A model generated the notes under the pieces. It saw only the letters and a list, made by a program, of their open reading frames with translations, ran no database searches and was not told the origin of the DNA. A program made the position numbers and the translations under genes. A stretch of 64,000 nt of DNA from Acidobacteriota bacterium (GTDB lineage: Bacteria > Acidobacteriota > CAIWXX01): NCBI GenBank assembly GCA_040755995.1, contig JBFMAF010000055.1, forward strand, positions 160,001-224,000, read 5' to 3'. How positions within the stretch are numbered: position 1 is the stretch's first letter; each line of letters begins with the position of its first letter. Shown here one piece after another: positions 61,913 through 64,000 of the stretch.

Positions 61913-62610
61913 TTGGCACGGAAGGTGCCGACGGGGTGGTTTCGGCAGTCTTGGATCCGCTCAATCCTGGTTCAGCGGTTGATCGCGGTTCCCTTCAAGC
62001 AACTCTACTCACCGAACGGGATGCAGTGGCTCCGGCCCCTGGCACTGGAGCGAGATGACCGGCAGGCGATCGACAGCGAGCTCAGGCTCCTCGATTCAAT
62101 CGAGCACGAGATTCGCGAGATGGAGCAGACACTCATTCAAGCAGCATGGCAGGAGGATCGAGCTCGACTGTTGATGACGCTGTCCGGGATCGACTTCTGC
62201 GGTGCTCAGTCACTGATGGCGACGATGGGAAATCTCAGGCGGTTCGAGGACGGGGACCACTTCGCAAGTTATCTCGGGTTGGTGCCGTCGACGCGGGCGT
62301 CGGCAGATCACTGTTACCACGGGCCGATCACGAAGCAGGGGCGGAGTCATACCCGATGGATGTTGATTCAGGCCGCACAGCACGTGGCCGATCATCCCGG
62401 GACCGTTGGGACAGTTCTTCCGGCGGCTGCTCAAGAAGAAGAATCGTAACATCGCCGCCGTGGCGGTGGCGAGGAAGCTGGGCGTGATCGCGTACCACAT
62501 GCTCAAGAACAACGAGCCCTACCGGTACGCACTGCCGGATTCAACCGGGCAAGAGCCGGCGCAACTCCGATCCCAGGCGACAGGCCAAAGGCGTCTGCGA
62601 AGAGGAGACC
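61913..62610 (+). mobile_element. IS110-family transposase remnant (5'-truncated, frameshifted)
   Basis: LMTLSGI, RF..GDHFASYLGLVP, GPITKQG, frameshift near 62405 into KKKNRNIAAVAVARKL; DEDD N-domain missing. Confidence 0.88.
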
Positions 62611-62693
62611 AGCGCTGGGGGCCACCACGCCCCCCAGTGGCCGATCACCAGAGCTGCAATCCTCAGAGGTATTCGTTGGGCCCCGCCCCACTT

Positions 62694-63197
62694 CTAGAAG
62701 TAGACGATCTCGCCAGTGGGGATGTAGCACCTGATGTAGGACCGCGTGCTTTCCGGGAATCGGTCGCTGAGAGGATGAAGCCGTTCCTCGATGACCGGGC
62801 CGAGATCTACGCGGGTCGGTACCTGTACCGCGAATTCGCGAATGCCGTAACTGTCTCGGGTGTAGTCACGTATCAGGGTGAGCTCGCCGTTCCTGACCAG
62901 GATTGTCATTCCGATCGGGGTGCCTTCCACGGAGCCGACTGTTGTGGAAAGGCCGAAAGAACCCCTGCCCGAGAGATACACATCGAGGAAGCGTTGGCGC
63001 TGAGCAGACTCGGATGAGGTTGACAGACGTTCAATGGCCGGATCATGAAGGGCAGCGGGTGTTCGGAAGGTACGATGGTATAGACCCTTGGCCGGGCCGT
63101 AGAACTGCGTGGCAGAGACGAGCACCAGGAAGAGAGCTGCTAGTAGGACCGCAGAAACGGCGAGGAGGATTCGGTATGACTTCGGGAGGGCTGCCAT
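62694..63197 (-). CDS. Hypothetical membrane-anchored cassette protein
   Basis: Starts just after attC R' GTTAGGC; followed by lone R''-like GCCCAAC at 62675-62681. Confidence 0.75.
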   Translation of the reverse strand: MAALPKSYRILLAVSAVLLAALFLVLVSATQFYGPAKGLYHRTFRTPAALHDPAIERLSTSSESAQRQRFLDVYLSGRGSFGLSTTVGSVEGTPIGMTILVRNGELTLIRDYTRDSYGIREFAVQVPTRVDLGPVIEERLHPLSDRFPESTRSYIRCYIPTGEIVYF

Positions 63198-63210
63198 GTA
63201 TGCCTGCGCG

Positions 63211-63289
63211 GCCTAACGGATAAGGAGTTCAGCGGCGGCAGGGCTGGCCGCAGGCCAGACCTGACGTCCGCTGAAACGACGTGTCAGCC
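63211..63289 (-). mobile_element. Integron attC site
   Basis: Minus strand GGCTGAC-ACGTC-GTTTCAGC...CTGGCC-TGC-GGCCAG...GCTGAAC-TCCTTATCC-GTTAGGC. Confidence 0.85.
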
Positions 63290-63811
63290 GACACGAGACG
63301 GACCGTCGGATGCGAGATTCGCAGCGACCCACGCTGCCTCGTTCGTGCCGGGTGTGAAGGAAAGATGCGGCTCGTCGGCATCCGGAGCTTCGAAGCGACG
63401 AGCGAGCTCGAGAAGCACCGCTTCGGTCACGCGCGGTCGCACCAATGTTGCCTCGTTCTCGCGCAATCGGCTGAGCGCCAGCGAGAGCGGTGCGTCGACG
63501 TAGACGACGAGACACTTCACCCCAAATCCGCTCGCAAGAGCACGATAGTCGTCGCGGAGAAAGCGAAAACAGTTTGTGTCGTCGACTACCACCGGGGCGC
63601 CGCGGGCGACCACATCCTCGGCTTTGCGAAGAGCTGTCTGGTGCGCCTCGGCCCAGACGGCGTCAGGGACGCCTAGACCGCCGTGGAGTCCCCGTCTCTC
63701 GTTGATGGCGTCGAGGCTCACGAGCACCGCACCCGTACGAGATGCGATGGCGCGAGCCAGAGTCGACTTACCCGCGAACGCGAGGCCGCAAAGCAGATAG
63801 ATACACACCAT
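63284..63811 (-). CDS. AAA_33-type P-loop kinase, cassette-borne
   Basis: LLCGLAFAGKST, VSLD, VVVDDTN, RFEAP; stop lies in R''. Confidence 0.88.
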   Translation of the reverse strand: MVCIYLLCGLAFAGKSTLARAIASRTGAVLVSLDAINERRGLHGGLGVPDAVWAEAHQTALRKAEDVVARGAPVVVDDTNCFRFLRDDYRALASGFGVKCLVVYVDAPLSLALSRLRENEATLVRPRVTEAVLLELARRFEAPDADEPHLSFTPGTNEAAWVAANLASDGPSRVG

Positions 63812-63823
63812 GGTGAGCGTGTC

Positions 63824-63842
63824 GGCTAACGGCTTGTTAGCC
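63824..63842 (-). mobile_element. Collapsed attC or attI-like simple site
   Basis: GGCTAAC-AAGCC-GTTAGCC perfect 7-bp inverted repeat at the cassette start. Confidence 0.6.
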
Positions 63843-63928
63843 GCTGGCCTCATACGAAGACCTTCTCCGGAAACGAGTTGTGAGGCACCGTTCTCTGCAG
63901 CCTCCCCTTCGAACCGCTGACACGGCAG

Positions 63929-64000
63929 CTACCTCCCTGGGGCAGTTCAACGCGGATGCTCTGCTGCGAGCCCGCGGTGACGTCAATGACCTGGTCGAAC
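63929..64000 (-). CDS. C-terminus of a gene entering from the right edge
   Basis: FDQVIDVTAGSQQSIRVELPQGR*, beta-strand pattern like a PEGA/Ig-like domain end. Confidence 0.4.

Overview
GC-rich bacterial chromosomal window, gene content suggestive of an Acidobacteriota-like diderm (inference only). Left two-thirds is mostly housekeeping and envelope genes: pepA (runs off left edge), lon, hsp20, nrdR, a TPAT-type TRAP transporter, ferredoxin, queA, a surface-modification cluster around a sigma-54-driven type IV pilin-like gene, lepB, a Ser/Thr kinase-PEGA-TonB fusion, accA, and an orphan sensor kinase paired with a PEP-synthase-like enzyme. From about 40.8 kb the window becomes an accessory mosaic. 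It holds three pieces of integron cassette array with about 8 recognisable attC sites and no integrase in the window, two toxin-antitoxin cassettes with their own promoters, many truncated gene fragments and an IS110 remnant. It also holds a two-gene AAA-ATPase / ATPase-wHTH-TPR operon behind a strong sigma-70 promoter covered by two copies of an 18-bp palindrome, which is my best candidate for an undescribed conflict or defence system. All product calls come from motif recognition by eye; no database searches were run.
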